Assembly (NCBI RefSeq): GCF_000317105.1
Contig: NC_019693.1
Coordinates: 3,839,227 to 3,903,226 of the forward strand
DNA: 64,000 bases
Reading direction: 5' to 3'
Origin: Oscillatoria acuminata PCC 6304
GTDB lineage: Bacteria; Cyanobacteriota; Cyanobacteriia; Cyanobacteriales; Laspinemataceae
Shown here: positions 48,100 through 57,641 of the stretch, in pieces
How positions within the stretch are numbered: the stretch's first letter is position 1
Layout: each line of letters opens with the position of its first letter
The notes under the pieces: model-generated
Told to the model about the DNA's origin: nothing
Databases searched by the model: none
The model's input: only the letters and a program-made list of their open reading frames with translations
Translations under genes and position numbers: made by a program

Positions 48100-51000
48100 A
48101 TGCACTTTCAATCTAAATTTTCCCATCTCAGTTTTAATGGTTCCCTCGTTTTACCTGTTGCCGCTTTTCTCTTCCCGTTACCGGGATTCGCTCAGTTGTC
48201 CCCTACTGCCATAACTTTTGGCTCAGGGTCGAGTCTGGTCTCTTCCCCGGAGCAACCTCGGATATTGTTGTCAACAGAGTATCTGCAATTTGCAGGGGCT
48301 CATGAAAAGTTGTCCGAAATTGAAACAACTTCTGGGAATGCCTTCCCTGAAACAGTCCCCGATGCCGCTAATTCGGGAATTGCCTTCGGGGAAACACCCC
48401 CTAACAGATTGTTGTCAACAGAGTATCTGCAATTTGTTGCAGGTTCGGATGAAAAGTTGTCCGAAATTGAGACAACTTCTGGAAATGCCTTCCCTGAAAC
48501 AATCTCCGATGCCTCTGATTCCAGCAATATCTGGGAGGAAACACCCCCTAACAGATTATTGTCAACAGAGCATCTGCAATCTGTTACGGATTCCGATGAA
48601 AAGTTGTCCGAAATTGAGACAACTTCTGGAAATGCCTTCCCTGAAATAGTCGCTGATGTCGCTAATTCGGGAATTGCCTTCGGGGAAAACCCCCCTCGGA
48701 TATTGTTGTTAACAGAGCATCTGCAATCTGTAACAGATTCGGATGAAACCTTGTCCGAAATTCAGATAACCGATCGAGAATTAGGGCCAATTTTCCCGAT
48801 CGCATCCAGTGACCCTCGGATGTTTTTGTCCCCGGAAATCATCCAAAATTTAGGGTTCCTGGAAAGAACAACAAATTTTTGGAATTTCCAGGAATCGTCC
48901 ACTATATCTGAGCTTTCGGATAAAAAAGACCCAAGCAATGTAGCAACATATAGCGTGACAACTGTAGCTATTTTGTTTAATACACCTGAAAATTTGTGCA
49001 AAATGGGGGTTTTTTGCGTTGATCGCCCGGGGGGTGATGTCATAACAAATGTTGTGACAAATGTAGCAGTTACAGACAACAATTTGCTCCAACTTGCCCC
49101 ATCAACTGTACATTCATTTGTAGACACAGAATTATCCCAAGATGCCTATCCAATGAAATCGGCGATATGGGTTGAAAACACTGAATCAACAAGAATTACA
49201 GACATTGTTGACCGACTCACGAACGTAGCGACAGTTAGCAGTCGGGACTCATTCAATTTAGAGATAAATTTGGGTCAGGGGGAAACTTCGCAAAATTCCG
49301 AATTTCAGACAGAAAGCCCCCTTTCCCCCATTGTAGCAGAAACAAATCCAGCGTCAAGAGGGACTGGGGAAAATTTGGAAACTGCCACGGAAGCGATCGC
49401 ACAATCGGGGACAGGAATCCGGATCCTGTCGCCAACCCCCGGGGAAATCTTGGCGGTTCCAGCAACCCCGATTATTGTGCAATTTCCGGAAGGGACCGAA
49501 ATCGAACTCCTGGTAAACGGGAATCCGGTATCCTCCGAGGCAGTCGGACAAACGGAACGGGATAGTAATACAGGGATGGTGACGCAAACCTGGGTTGGGA
49601 TTCCCTTAGAAGCTGGGGAAAATGCGATCGCCATCCGCGTGGTTGGATCAACAGTTAACGAATCTTTGGTCACCGTAGTTGTCCCAGGAGGAGCGGCACA
49701 AATTGCCGTAGAAACAGTTGAGAAAAGAGTGCCTGCCGATGGCCGGTCTATTGTGAATATTCAGGGACGGTTACTGGATGAAAATGGGAAATTAGTCGAA
49801 CGGGATACAGAGATTACCCTTAGTGCCAGTGCGGGAGAATTTATTGGGGAAGACCTGAGTCCCGATCGCCCTGGATTTCAAGTGCTCGTGATTGCCGGGG
49901 AATTTACCGCGCAGTTGCAGTCGCCCTTAGATGCTCAGACCGTCAGAATTCGGGCAGCAACGGATACAGAAACCATTGCAGGGCGATCGCTAGAAGCGTT
50001 TACCCAGATGCAGTTTGATACTTACCTCCGTCCGAGTTTAGTTACTGGGGGAATTAACCTGCGATTTGGACGGCGAGGATTGGATTATTGGGGACGGTTG
50101 CGCGACTTTTTACCCCCGGATGAGAATAATGATTTTAAATTAGATGTCACAGGTGCAGCATTTGCCACGGGAGAGTTAGGGGGATGGTTATTTACGGGAG
50201 CTTATAATAGCGATCGCTCCCTCAATTGTGATTGTAGCGGTAACCGACGCCGCTTATTTTCAGATACGCAATTTACAGAGCAAAATTATCCCCTGTATGG
50301 AGATTCCTCAAGCGTTCAGGCAACAGCACCTTCTAGTGATCATGTGTTCCTGAGATTTGAACGGTCTTCAGCGGAAGAAAATGCTGGATTAGATTACTTT
50401 ATGTGGGGAAATTATGGGACCGGAGAATTTGCTACCGAGTCTCAACAGTTCACTGCCTTAACCCGCGCCTTACAGGGATTTAAAGGCAATTATAACTGGG
50501 GACAATGGCAAGTGAGTGCTTTATTTGCCAACGATGTTCAAGGATTTCAACGGGATGCGATCGCCCCTGATGGCACTAGTGGATTTTACTTCCTCTCTCG
50601 CCGATTAGTCATCCCCGGGAGTGAAAATTTATTTTTAGAACTGGAAGAACTGGGACGTCCGGGAAATATCGTCCGCCGACAACAACTGAACCGAGGGTCT
50701 GATTATGAAATCGACTATGATCGCGGGTCAATCTTGTTTCGTCGTCCTCTTCTGCGAACCGATGTGGTAACCGTTAATGGGGTAGAAACCGTCGTTGCCA
50801 GAAGGATTGTTGCCACCTATCAACATGAAGACTTAGATGGAAATACCAACCTCTGGGGAGGACGAGTTCGCTATAACTTTTCCCGAGATTTTAATACGCC
50901 AGGATGGTTGGGGGCCACCTACATTCGCCAAAATCAAGGCATCCGAGATTTTGAACTTTATGGGGCCGATTTCATGCTCACCTTTGGCAAAACTGCCCCC

Positions 51001-52782
51001 CAAGAGGTGAATGATTATCGAGAAGGGGAAGTGCCGAATTTCAGAACTCCCGTTAGCGGCCAATTTATTGCGGAATACGCCCATTCTACCAACGATTCTG
51101 AACTTTTAGGACTCGTGACGGGGGAGGCGTACCGATTTGAATTAAATGCCATTGGTGGACCTTTTTCCAGTCGCTTATATTATCGGAATACGGATGAAGG
51201 ATTTGCCAATGATGCCACGGTGAGTTTTGTGCCGGGACAAACGCGGTACGGGGCTTTATTAAATAGTCGGTTAACCAGTACGACTCTGTTACAGTTTGCT
51301 TATGACCATGAGAAAAACTTTGGCAATTCTCCCCGTCCGATTAGTGTATTAGACGATTTTTTAACCCCGCGACGAGAAGCGGTTCCAGGAAGGGGAGTCA
51401 ACAACTCGTTAACCACCATTTCTGCCGGATTGCAGCAGACCATTGGACGGGCCAATTTGGGATTAGATTGGGTTTGGCGAAATCGTAAAGATGGGGCAGT
51501 AACCAGTCCTTTAGATGCGACCTCTTCTCAGTTGCGATCGCGCTTTTCTATGCCTCTGACGGATACAATTACGGTGCGGGCGCAAAACGAAATTAACCTT
51601 TTAAAAGAAGAAGATGTCGTTTATCCCGATCGCACTATTTTAGGGTTAGATTGGCGATTAGTTCCCGGAGTCACCCTAGAACTGAATCACGTCTGGTTTA
51701 ACGGGGGACAATATGAGAACAATTCCATTACCAGCGTCAACCTCAATGGGGATTATAACGTTACGGAAGATACCATCGTCACCGGACGCTATTCCTTTAT
51801 TAATGGCGAGACAATGGGGGCCGCATTAGGACTACAACATGGGTGGACAGTCTTCCCTGGATTTAGAGTGAATTTGGCCTATGAGCACGTTTTTGGTTCC
51901 CTGTTCAGTCGCACAGGTTCTGGAAGTCAATTTGATCAACCTTATGCACCGGGACAGAGTGCTGCCGCATTAGGAATCAGAAGCGGGGACAGTTACAGTG
52001 TGGGGTTTGACTATACGGGAAATCCGGACTTTTCTGCCAGTGCCCGATATGAACATCGGTTTTCCAGTGGTGGCAACAATACGGTGATTTCAGCAGCAGC
52101 ATCGGGAAGACTCACTGATTCCTTATCCGTCCTCACCCGCTATCAACAAGCATCGTCATCGAATCCGTTGTTTGATGAGATGGGGGATACGGTGAATTTG
52201 CGAATGGGGTTAGCCTATCGGAATCCTAACAGTGATAAATTTAATGCCTTATTGCGGTATGATTATCGCCAGAATCCAGCCTTGATACCGGATTCGATAT
52301 TATTTGAATCTGGGACGCGATCGCGAGACCATACCTTTGCCTTAGAGACCATTTATGCCCCGAATTGGCGATGGGAATTTTATGGCAAAACGGCCTTAAG
52401 ACAGAGTACCTCATTTCTGGCCAATGATTTAGTCGGCACCAGCTTAGTCTCCTTAAATCAGTTAAGGGCAACCTATCGATTAGGATATCGCTGGGATGTG
52501 ATGGGCGAAGGGCGATGGATCCGGCAAACCAACGCGAATTATGATGAATTGGGAGTGGTAGCAGAGGTGGGATATTATTTGACTCCAGATTTGAGAATCG
52601 GGTTAGGGTACGTCTTCGGCAAAGTCAGCGATCGCGACTTTAATGGCGATCGGTCCGCCTCCGGTCCTTACCTAGGCTTAACCGTCAAATTAAACGAACT
52701 CTGGCCCGGATTCGGACAGGTAATTCCCCCCGCCGCATCCGCAGTAGAAACCCCCATTCAGGAAACCGGAGGTGCAGAATGA
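48100..52782 (+). CDS. Giant secreted protein: signal peptide, 4x ~49-aa tandem repeats, Big-like domain, ~950-aa beta-barrel-like C-terminal region (surface-cluster gene 4)
   Basis: Signal 'VLPVAAFLFPLPGFAQ'; repeats 'LLSTEYLQF...KLSEIETTSGNAFPE'; Ig-like 'ILSPTPGEILAVPATPIIVQFPEG...AIRVVG'. The C-terminal ~950 aa is rich in Gly/Tyr/Asn/Arg/Trp with alternating-hydrophobic strands (LGLDWRL, GRYSF, RVNLAYEH, GLGYVFG), typical of outer-membrane beta-barrels. Confidence 0.6.
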   Translation: MHFQSKFSHLSFNGSLVLPVAAFLFPLPGFAQLSPTAITFGSGSSLVSSPEQPRILLSTEYLQFAGAHEKLSEIETTSGNAFPETVPDAANSGIAFGETPPNRLLSTEYLQFVAGSDEKLSEIETTSGNAFPETISDASDSSNIWEETPPNRLLSTEHLQSVTDSDEKLSEIETTSGNAFPEIVADVANSGIAFGENPPRILLLTEHLQSVTDSDETLSEIQITDRELGPIFPIASSDPRMFLSPEIIQNLGFLERTTNFWNFQESSTISELSDKKDPSNVATYSVTTVAILFNTPENLCKMGVFCVDRPGGDVITNVVTNVAVTDNNLLQLAPSTVHSFVDTELSQDAYPMKSAIWVENTESTRITDIVDRLTNVATVSSRDSFNLEINLGQGETSQNSEFQTESPLSPIVAETNPASRGTGENLETATEAIAQSGTGIRILSPTPGEILAVPATPIIVQFPEGTEIELLVNGNPVSSEAVGQTERDSNTGMVTQTWVGIPLEAGENAIAIRVVGSTVNESLVTVVVPGGAAQIAVETVEKRVPADGRSIVNIQGRLLDENGKLVERDTEITLSASAGEFIGEDLSPDRPGFQVLVIAGEFTAQLQSPLDAQTVRIRAATDTETIAGRSLEAFTQMQFDTYLRPSLVTGGINLRFGRRGLDYWGRLRDFLPPDENNDFKLDVTGAAFATGELGGWLFTGAYNSDRSLNCDCSGNRRRLFSDTQFTEQNYPLYGDSSSVQATAPSSDHVFLRFERSSAEENAGLDYFMWGNYGTGEFATESQQFTALTRALQGFKGNYNWGQWQVSALFANDVQGFQRDAIAPDGTSGFYFLSRRLVIPGSENLFLELEELGRPGNIVRRQQLNRGSDYEIDYDRGSILFRRPLLRTDVVTVNGVETVVARRIVATYQHEDLDGNTNLWGGRVRYNFSRDFNTPGWLGATYIRQNQGIRDFELYGADFMLTFGKTAPQEVNDYREGEVPNFRTPVSGQFIAEYAHSTNDSELLGLVTGEAYRFELNAIGGPFSSRLYYRNTDEGFANDATVSFVPGQTRYGALLNSRLTSTTLLQFAYDHEKNFGNSPRPISVLDDFLTPRREAVPGRGVNNSLTTISAGLQQTIGRANLGLDWVWRNRKDGAVTSPLDATSSQLRSRFSMPLTDTITVRAQNEINLLKEEDVVYPDRTILGLDWRLVPGVTLELNHVWFNGGQYENNSITSVNLNGDYNVTEDTIVTGRYSFINGETMGAALGLQHGWTVFPGFRVNLAYEHVFGSLFSRTGSGSQFDQPYAPGQSAAALGIRSGDSYSVGFDYTGNPDFSASARYEHRFSSGGNNTVISAAASGRLTDSLSVLTRYQQASSSNPLFDEMGDTVNLRMGLAYRNPNSDKFNALLRYDYRQNPALIPDSILFESGTRSRDHTFALETIYAPNWRWEFYGKTALRQSTSFLANDLVGTSLVSLNQLRATYRLGYRWDVMGEGRWIRQTNANYDELGVVAEVGYYLTPDLRIGLGYVFGKVSDRDFNGDRSASGPYLGLTVKLNELWPGFGQVIPPAASAVETPIQETGGAE
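48262..48790 (+). repeat. ~4 tandem copies of a ~147-bp repeat inside the 1560-aa gene
   Basis: Copies begin at 48272, 48416, 48563, 48711 (CAACAGAG(T/C)ATCTGCAAT...), encoding the LLSTEYLQF...SEIETTSGNAFPE protein repeats. Confidence 0.8.
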
Positions 52783-55700
52783 AACCGTTAAAATTATCCG
52801 GGAAATGGCCTCAAGGACTCCTGTTGATTTTGCCCATCATCTTGAGCCTATTTGCTGCACCAGTTGCTCGTTCTGAAGGCAGTCGAGAGTTAGTCTCCCA
52901 AGGGGGCGATCGGCCTTGGTTGGAAGTTAGAGATAATGTCTATATCGAACAATTTCTCCGCTATACCACCATCCAAGTTTCTGTAAATCAGGGAGAGTGG
53001 CTCAATCTGGGGTCTAGTGCAATGGGAATTGGTGATGGAAATATTATTGCCACAGCACCCAACGGCGCTACTATTAACTGTCAGGACCCTCCATTCCTGG
53101 GAACAGGTTTGATTGAAAATAGAAATCAAGAAAACAACGGCCCTGGCACCGGAACCGATGGAAGTATCGGAGTAGGTCTAGGTCCGACAGGGCGATATGA
53201 ACCCTGTGGCAGACAGGTACAGGCCGGTGAACAGGGAATCTGGGAAATAGAATTTGTGCCTCCTAACCGGCCAGGAGGCTTACCAAGTGCAATTGACAAC
53301 CCCGCTGGCAGTTTGAACTGGGTTCAAGCGGCAAATGATTTTGCTACAGCAGCTTGGGACGTGACAGTGCGAACCGATGCTAATAACACCGATACCCAAA
53401 ATGGACGGGTGTTTACGGATCTTCTCGCCCTCAATATGCTGGCCCAGGGGAGAGAACTCAATTCAGAAGTATTTGTGTTAACCACCGATGGATTTATTTA
53501 TAGCACTGACATGAATAGACTGGACCCTTTTGGGTTCGTTTTCTTAGCCAATAATAAGGGATTGCTTGATACCGATTTGAGCCCCCTATATCGCAGTTCT
53601 CCCGGGCTTATAAATGATGGGCCTGGGGGGCCTCCAGCGACAAACCAAAACAATTCTGTACCTCTACAAGCAGCAGGAGTTACCATTCAGCCCCCGGTTC
53701 ACAGAATCTTTTTCAATGAACCCGCTACGGATTTGGAAACCCTGCCGAGTCCGATTTTGAGAACTCCCACCCGACCTGTTGTCAGCGAGTTGGCTTTTAT
53801 TGGCGACATAGAAAATACTACTTTAGAGGGAGTCGGAGGAACTTTTCAGTTTGATAGTTCCATCGAGGGAAGCTACCAAATTGTCATCAGAGATGATGCT
53901 AATAATATTGTCAGAATTTTGCAAAATACTGTAGCAAGCGGTACTAATAACATCACTTGGGATGGCACGAATGAAATTGGTGCTGATTTACCTCCAGGCG
54001 AATATGAATTTGAAATTACCGTCCGTGCCGGTGAATATCATTTCCCTTTATTAGATGTGGAAAATAGCGGGGGTCTCACGTTTACCCTCCGCAATCCGCC
54101 TTTGCCTCTACCCAGTGAAGGACCAGGTACTCCTATATTTAGAGCGGGTACGAATGCAACCACTGCATTCTACGACAACACCAGTTTTACCACAGCCGAT
54201 GGAATATTCGTTGCCATGCCATCGCTAGCGGATGGGAACCCAGGTGCCACAGATCCTGTGTTTGGCACAGGACCCGGGTCGAGCAATCCTCAGCCAACTA
54301 ATTATCATCAGTTTGGTGATGGATTCGGAGATAAAAAAGCCATTGACACCTGGATCTATTTCAGCAGTCAGCCTAAATTTAATACTCTGGTCATCATTGA
54401 TCCGAATGTTACCCTGACTTCAACAAAATCAGTACAACTGCTCACTGATGTCAATGATAATGGTCAAGTAGATCCGGGTGATACTCTCCGATATACTATT
54501 TCCTTAACCAACACAGGGAATAGTGCCGCAACTGGGGTTCAATTAACCGATACCCCGGATGTAAATACAACATTAGTCGTGGGTTCGGTAAACCCGAATC
54601 AAGGTACCGTTACCCTGGGTAATACGCCTGGAAATACAACTGTAGATGTAGCGTTAGGGATGATCGCAGGCAATGGCGGAACGGCTACAGTGACCTTTGA
54701 TGTTACCGTTAATAGTCCGATTCCCAATACAGTTACAGAAATTGCGAACCAAGGAAGAGTCCGTGGCAGCAATTTTCCTCCCATTTTGACCGATGACCCG
54801 ACTACCCAAAATATCCCCAATGACCGTACCACGATTTCCCTCAACAATCCCATCCTTGGGGTCACGAAGCAATTGACGAATGTGGTTAACAATGGGGACG
54901 GCACTCATGATGTGTCCTATACGATCCGAGTCCATAACCTCGGGAATGTGCCGCTCAATAACGTTCAGATTACAGAAGATTTGTTTGGCACCGAGAACAG
55001 CACTTTTGCTGGATCTGCGGCACCCCCGGAGATTATCTCGACTCAACTTGTCCCCGGACCGAACAACGAACCCAATCCTTTAAATACAACCAATCCCAAC
55101 TTTAACGGAAATGCGGATAAAGACTTACTCGCCGGTACTGAAGTCCTTCCCGTGGGAGCAACAGCGGCGATCGCCTTCACCGTTCGGGTAACCCCAGGAA
55201 GGAACTTGGGGGCATACGAAAATAACGCTACGGCATTGGCATCGGGTCCCGGTGGTACTGATGTGACGGATACCTCCACGGATGGAACAAATCCCGACCC
55301 CGATGGGGATGGCGACCCTACGAATGACGATAACCCAACCGAAGTCACCTTCGTCGGTACTCCACAACTGGAGTTACAAAAGCGGATTACCCGCATTAAT
55401 GGGACTGAAGTGGGTCAGTTTGATACTCTTCCCAATTGGCCGACTAACCTTGTGCGAGGAATTACCAATTCGGCGGAAATTCAACCCGGGGATGAAGTGG
55501 AATATACAATATATTTCTTTTCTGCCGGAAGTGCACCGTTAGAGAAGGCAATGGTGTGCGACCCGTTGCAAGATTTTCAAACCTTTCGCACGGATACCTT
55601 TAATGGTCAAAATCCGATAGAAGGAACATTTGGGGCTGAGGTGGGGATTGCATTTGCGTTAAATCCTACTACCAACCTGGATTTACCGACAGCCTATCTG

Positions 55701-55865
55701 CGAAGTGCGAACAGTGCCAGTAACCGAGGCCGGTTTTATCCTTCGGGAACTACAGCACCTCCAGTCTGTCGTCTTCCGAATGTTCGCGGTGCAGTGGTGG
55801 TGGAGATTGGTAACCTGGGGGTGGGTGACTATGGCTTTATCCGCTTCCGCGTTAGAATAGATTGA
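52779..55865 (+). CDS. Secreted multi-DUF11 repeat-domain protein (surface-cluster gene 5)
   Basis: Start overlaps the previous stop (ATGA); signal peptide. Several DUF11 'conserved repeat domains' (e.g. 'VQLLTDVNDNGQVDPGDTLRYTISLTNTGNSAATGVQLTDTP', 'THDVSYTIRVHNLGNVPLNNVQITEDLFG') and an Asp-rich 'DPDGDGDPTNDDNP' linker. Confidence 0.7.
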   Translation: MKPLKLSGKWPQGLLLILPIILSLFAAPVARSEGSRELVSQGGDRPWLEVRDNVYIEQFLRYTTIQVSVNQGEWLNLGSSAMGIGDGNIIATAPNGATINCQDPPFLGTGLIENRNQENNGPGTGTDGSIGVGLGPTGRYEPCGRQVQAGEQGIWEIEFVPPNRPGGLPSAIDNPAGSLNWVQAANDFATAAWDVTVRTDANNTDTQNGRVFTDLLALNMLAQGRELNSEVFVLTTDGFIYSTDMNRLDPFGFVFLANNKGLLDTDLSPLYRSSPGLINDGPGGPPATNQNNSVPLQAAGVTIQPPVHRIFFNEPATDLETLPSPILRTPTRPVVSELAFIGDIENTTLEGVGGTFQFDSSIEGSYQIVIRDDANNIVRILQNTVASGTNNITWDGTNEIGADLPPGEYEFEITVRAGEYHFPLLDVENSGGLTFTLRNPPLPLPSEGPGTPIFRAGTNATTAFYDNTSFTTADGIFVAMPSLADGNPGATDPVFGTGPGSSNPQPTNYHQFGDGFGDKKAIDTWIYFSSQPKFNTLVIIDPNVTLTSTKSVQLLTDVNDNGQVDPGDTLRYTISLTNTGNSAATGVQLTDTPDVNTTLVVGSVNPNQGTVTLGNTPGNTTVDVALGMIAGNGGTATVTFDVTVNSPIPNTVTEIANQGRVRGSNFPPILTDDPTTQNIPNDRTTISLNNPILGVTKQLTNVVNNGDGTHDVSYTIRVHNLGNVPLNNVQITEDLFGTENSTFAGSAAPPEIISTQLVPGPNNEPNPLNTTNPNFNGNADKDLLAGTEVLPVGATAAIAFTVRVTPGRNLGAYENNATALASGPGGTDVTDTSTDGTNPDPDGDGDPTNDDNPTEVTFVGTPQLELQKRITRINGTEVGQFDTLPNWPTNLVRGITNSAEIQPGDEVEYTIYFFSAGSAPLEKAMVCDPLQDFQTFRTDTFNGQNPIEGTFGAEVGIAFALNPTTNLDLPTAYLRSANSASNRGRFYPSGTTAPPVCRLPNVRGAVVVEIGNLGVGDYGFIRFRVRID

Positions 55866-55911
55866 TGAAGTGTTCGCGAGGGTACGATCGCCCTGTCCAG
55901 GTGTATTTATA

Positions 55912-55963
55912 GTAGGGGCGCAATGCTTGCGCCCTCCGGAGGGCCTGCGCATTGCGCCCCTAC
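55912..55963. repeat. Compound palindromic repeat GTAGGGGCGCAATGC...GCATTGCGCCCCTAC with nested GCCCTCCGGAGGGC palindrome
   Basis: Perfect 15-bp outer arms plus an inner 14-bp palindrome; located 47 nt after the end of the surface operon. Confidence 0.7.
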
Positions 55964-56049
55964 AAGAAACGCCGATTTGTGCAGTCGCCTCGGGCGTTGT
56001 TTAGGCAGTCCCTCCCTCCCCGTTATCCCAGCCGATCGCCGGTGTCGTT

Positions 56050-56553
56050 ATGAGTTTTTTCCCCCGTCCCATCCCCACAGCACTATTCCCCCGAATCGCA
56101 TTGGGGATGGCGATCGCTGTCCTAATTTCCGCTTGCACTCCCACCAATCCCACTGTCCCTACCCAATGGAACACTTATCAAAATCAGCGCTTTGGGTTCG
56201 AGTTTCCCTATCCCCCGGATTGGGTGGCACTCCCTTCCCCCACGAATCAGGATGGACGGGCGTTTCATCATCCCGATTACGCCAATATAGAAATTCGAGG
56301 ATGGGGGAGGTTGAAGTTAACCGGATTAGATGAGGCGGAACCTCTTCCTGCTTTCACCTCTAACTTCACCACGGAACAGGGATTACCGGCATTGTTGGAG
56401 GTGGAAGTGGGGACTGAAGAAAGTGTGATGCGGATGACCCTAGAATCGGGAGATGTAATTTATACTTGGCAAGGCCGATCGTCCAAGGACCAATTTGGGG
56501 AATATTACTCTTTGTTCTATGCGATCGCCCAAAATTACCGCGTCACCCCATAG
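56050..56553 (+). CDS. Hypothetical lipoprotein
   Basis: Signal + lipobox 'AVLISAC'; 167 aa; no known domain recognised. Confidence 0.45.
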   Translation: MSFFPRPIPTALFPRIALGMAIAVLISACTPTNPTVPTQWNTYQNQRFGFEFPYPPDWVALPSPTNQDGRAFHHPDYANIEIRGWGRLKLTGLDEAEPLPAFTSNFTTEQGLPALLEVEVGTEESVMRMTLESGDVIYTWQGRSSKDQFGEYYSLFYAIAQNYRVTP

Positions 56554-56625
56554 CACTGCCACAGTCTACCCACCTCGGAATCAAACCCGTTAAAATAATA
56601 TCCTAAACTTTAGGAGAATCTCACC

Positions 56626-57243
56626 GTGACTCACCCGGAAATCACTAAAAAACAAAAACTTTTTGACCACTGGGCACCCAACTACGATCTCCTGTTGACC
56701 ACTATCTTTTATCAAGCCCTTCATAAAAGATTACTGGATTATCTGCAATTGCCAGACTCTCCCAATGTGCTAGACCTCGGATGCGGGACTGGCAGATTGC
56801 TCGATCGCCTTGCCGACGAATTTCCAACCCTGCGCGGGACCGGATTTGACCTCTCCCCCCAGATGATTTGCCAAGCGAGACAAAAAAAGCGCGATCGCCA
56901 TCGTCCCCGGCTGATTTTCATCGAAGGAAACGCCGAACAACTCCCCTTCACTGACCAACAATTTGATACCGTTTTCAATACCATTAGTTTTTTACATTAC
57001 CCCAATCCCAGCCAGGTTTTATCGGAAATCAACCGCGTCTTGTCCTTTGGAGGAAACTACTACTTAGTTGATTTCACCCCCCTGGGACAAAAAATGTCTC
57101 ATGCCTTGGGAGTCTCTCCCGCCAATATTTACGTTTACTCCCTGGAAAGCCGCGAACAACTCGGGAGAGAAGCAAGACTCCAATGCCGGGGACATTACCC
57201 CCTTCTCGGTCCCATCTGGCTGACTATTTTTACTAAAATATAG
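56626..57243 (+). CDS. Class I SAM-dependent methyltransferase
   Basis: Motif I 'VLDLGCGTGRLLDRLA'; acidic post-I and motif II region. Confidence 0.8.
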   Translation: MTHPEITKKQKLFDHWAPNYDLLLTTIFYQALHKRLLDYLQLPDSPNVLDLGCGTGRLLDRLADEFPTLRGTGFDLSPQMICQARQKKRDRHRPRLIFIEGNAEQLPFTDQQFDTVFNTISFLHYPNPSQVLSEINRVLSFGGNYYLVDFTPLGQKMSHALGVSPANIYVYSLESREQLGREARLQCRGHYPLLGPIWLTIFTKI

Positions 57244-57641
57244 GGGAGTTTCTCCGAGAAAAAGGTTTTGAGTTCCTGGCATTTCTCGGGTTGAAGAATT
57301 AGAGTACAATAGGCAGATGAACAGAGTAAGTTGAGGTCTTTTTGCCCGATCTCCAAGCGCCATAATCCTAGCGCTGTACCCGTGCAAGAGGCTCTTTTCT
57401 AGCAACTGGCTGCCTATTTTCCGGTTCCGGACCCTAAAGCAGCCCTGAACCTAGAATGGATGATAGAATGACCGATCGCCTGTCTTATCCCAATTAACTG
57501 TTTTTGTCAAGATAAAGTTGGCTCAACGAACCGGGCGATCGATAAAAAATGGAGCCGACCCTGCGGAATTACTCCTAGAGTGATGAAGCACTTTCAGGTT
57601 AATCGGCTATCTTTGTACTAAATCCTAAATAATCAGCGGCC

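Noticed and set aside
52241-52471. Small ORFs inside the 1560-aa gene (e.g. 50833-51084, 52241-52471 on the minus strand) as possible embedded genes.
   Set aside because: Short antisense frames within a continuous 4.7-kb ORF with consistent repeat/domain structure.
57350-57390. Second IS200/IS605 end (AGCGCTGTACCCGTGCAAGAGGCTC).
   Set aside because: It matches only about 12 nt of the TnpB-element hairpin. The second hairpin arm is missing and there is no adjacent transposase ORF. At most it is a decayed remnant.
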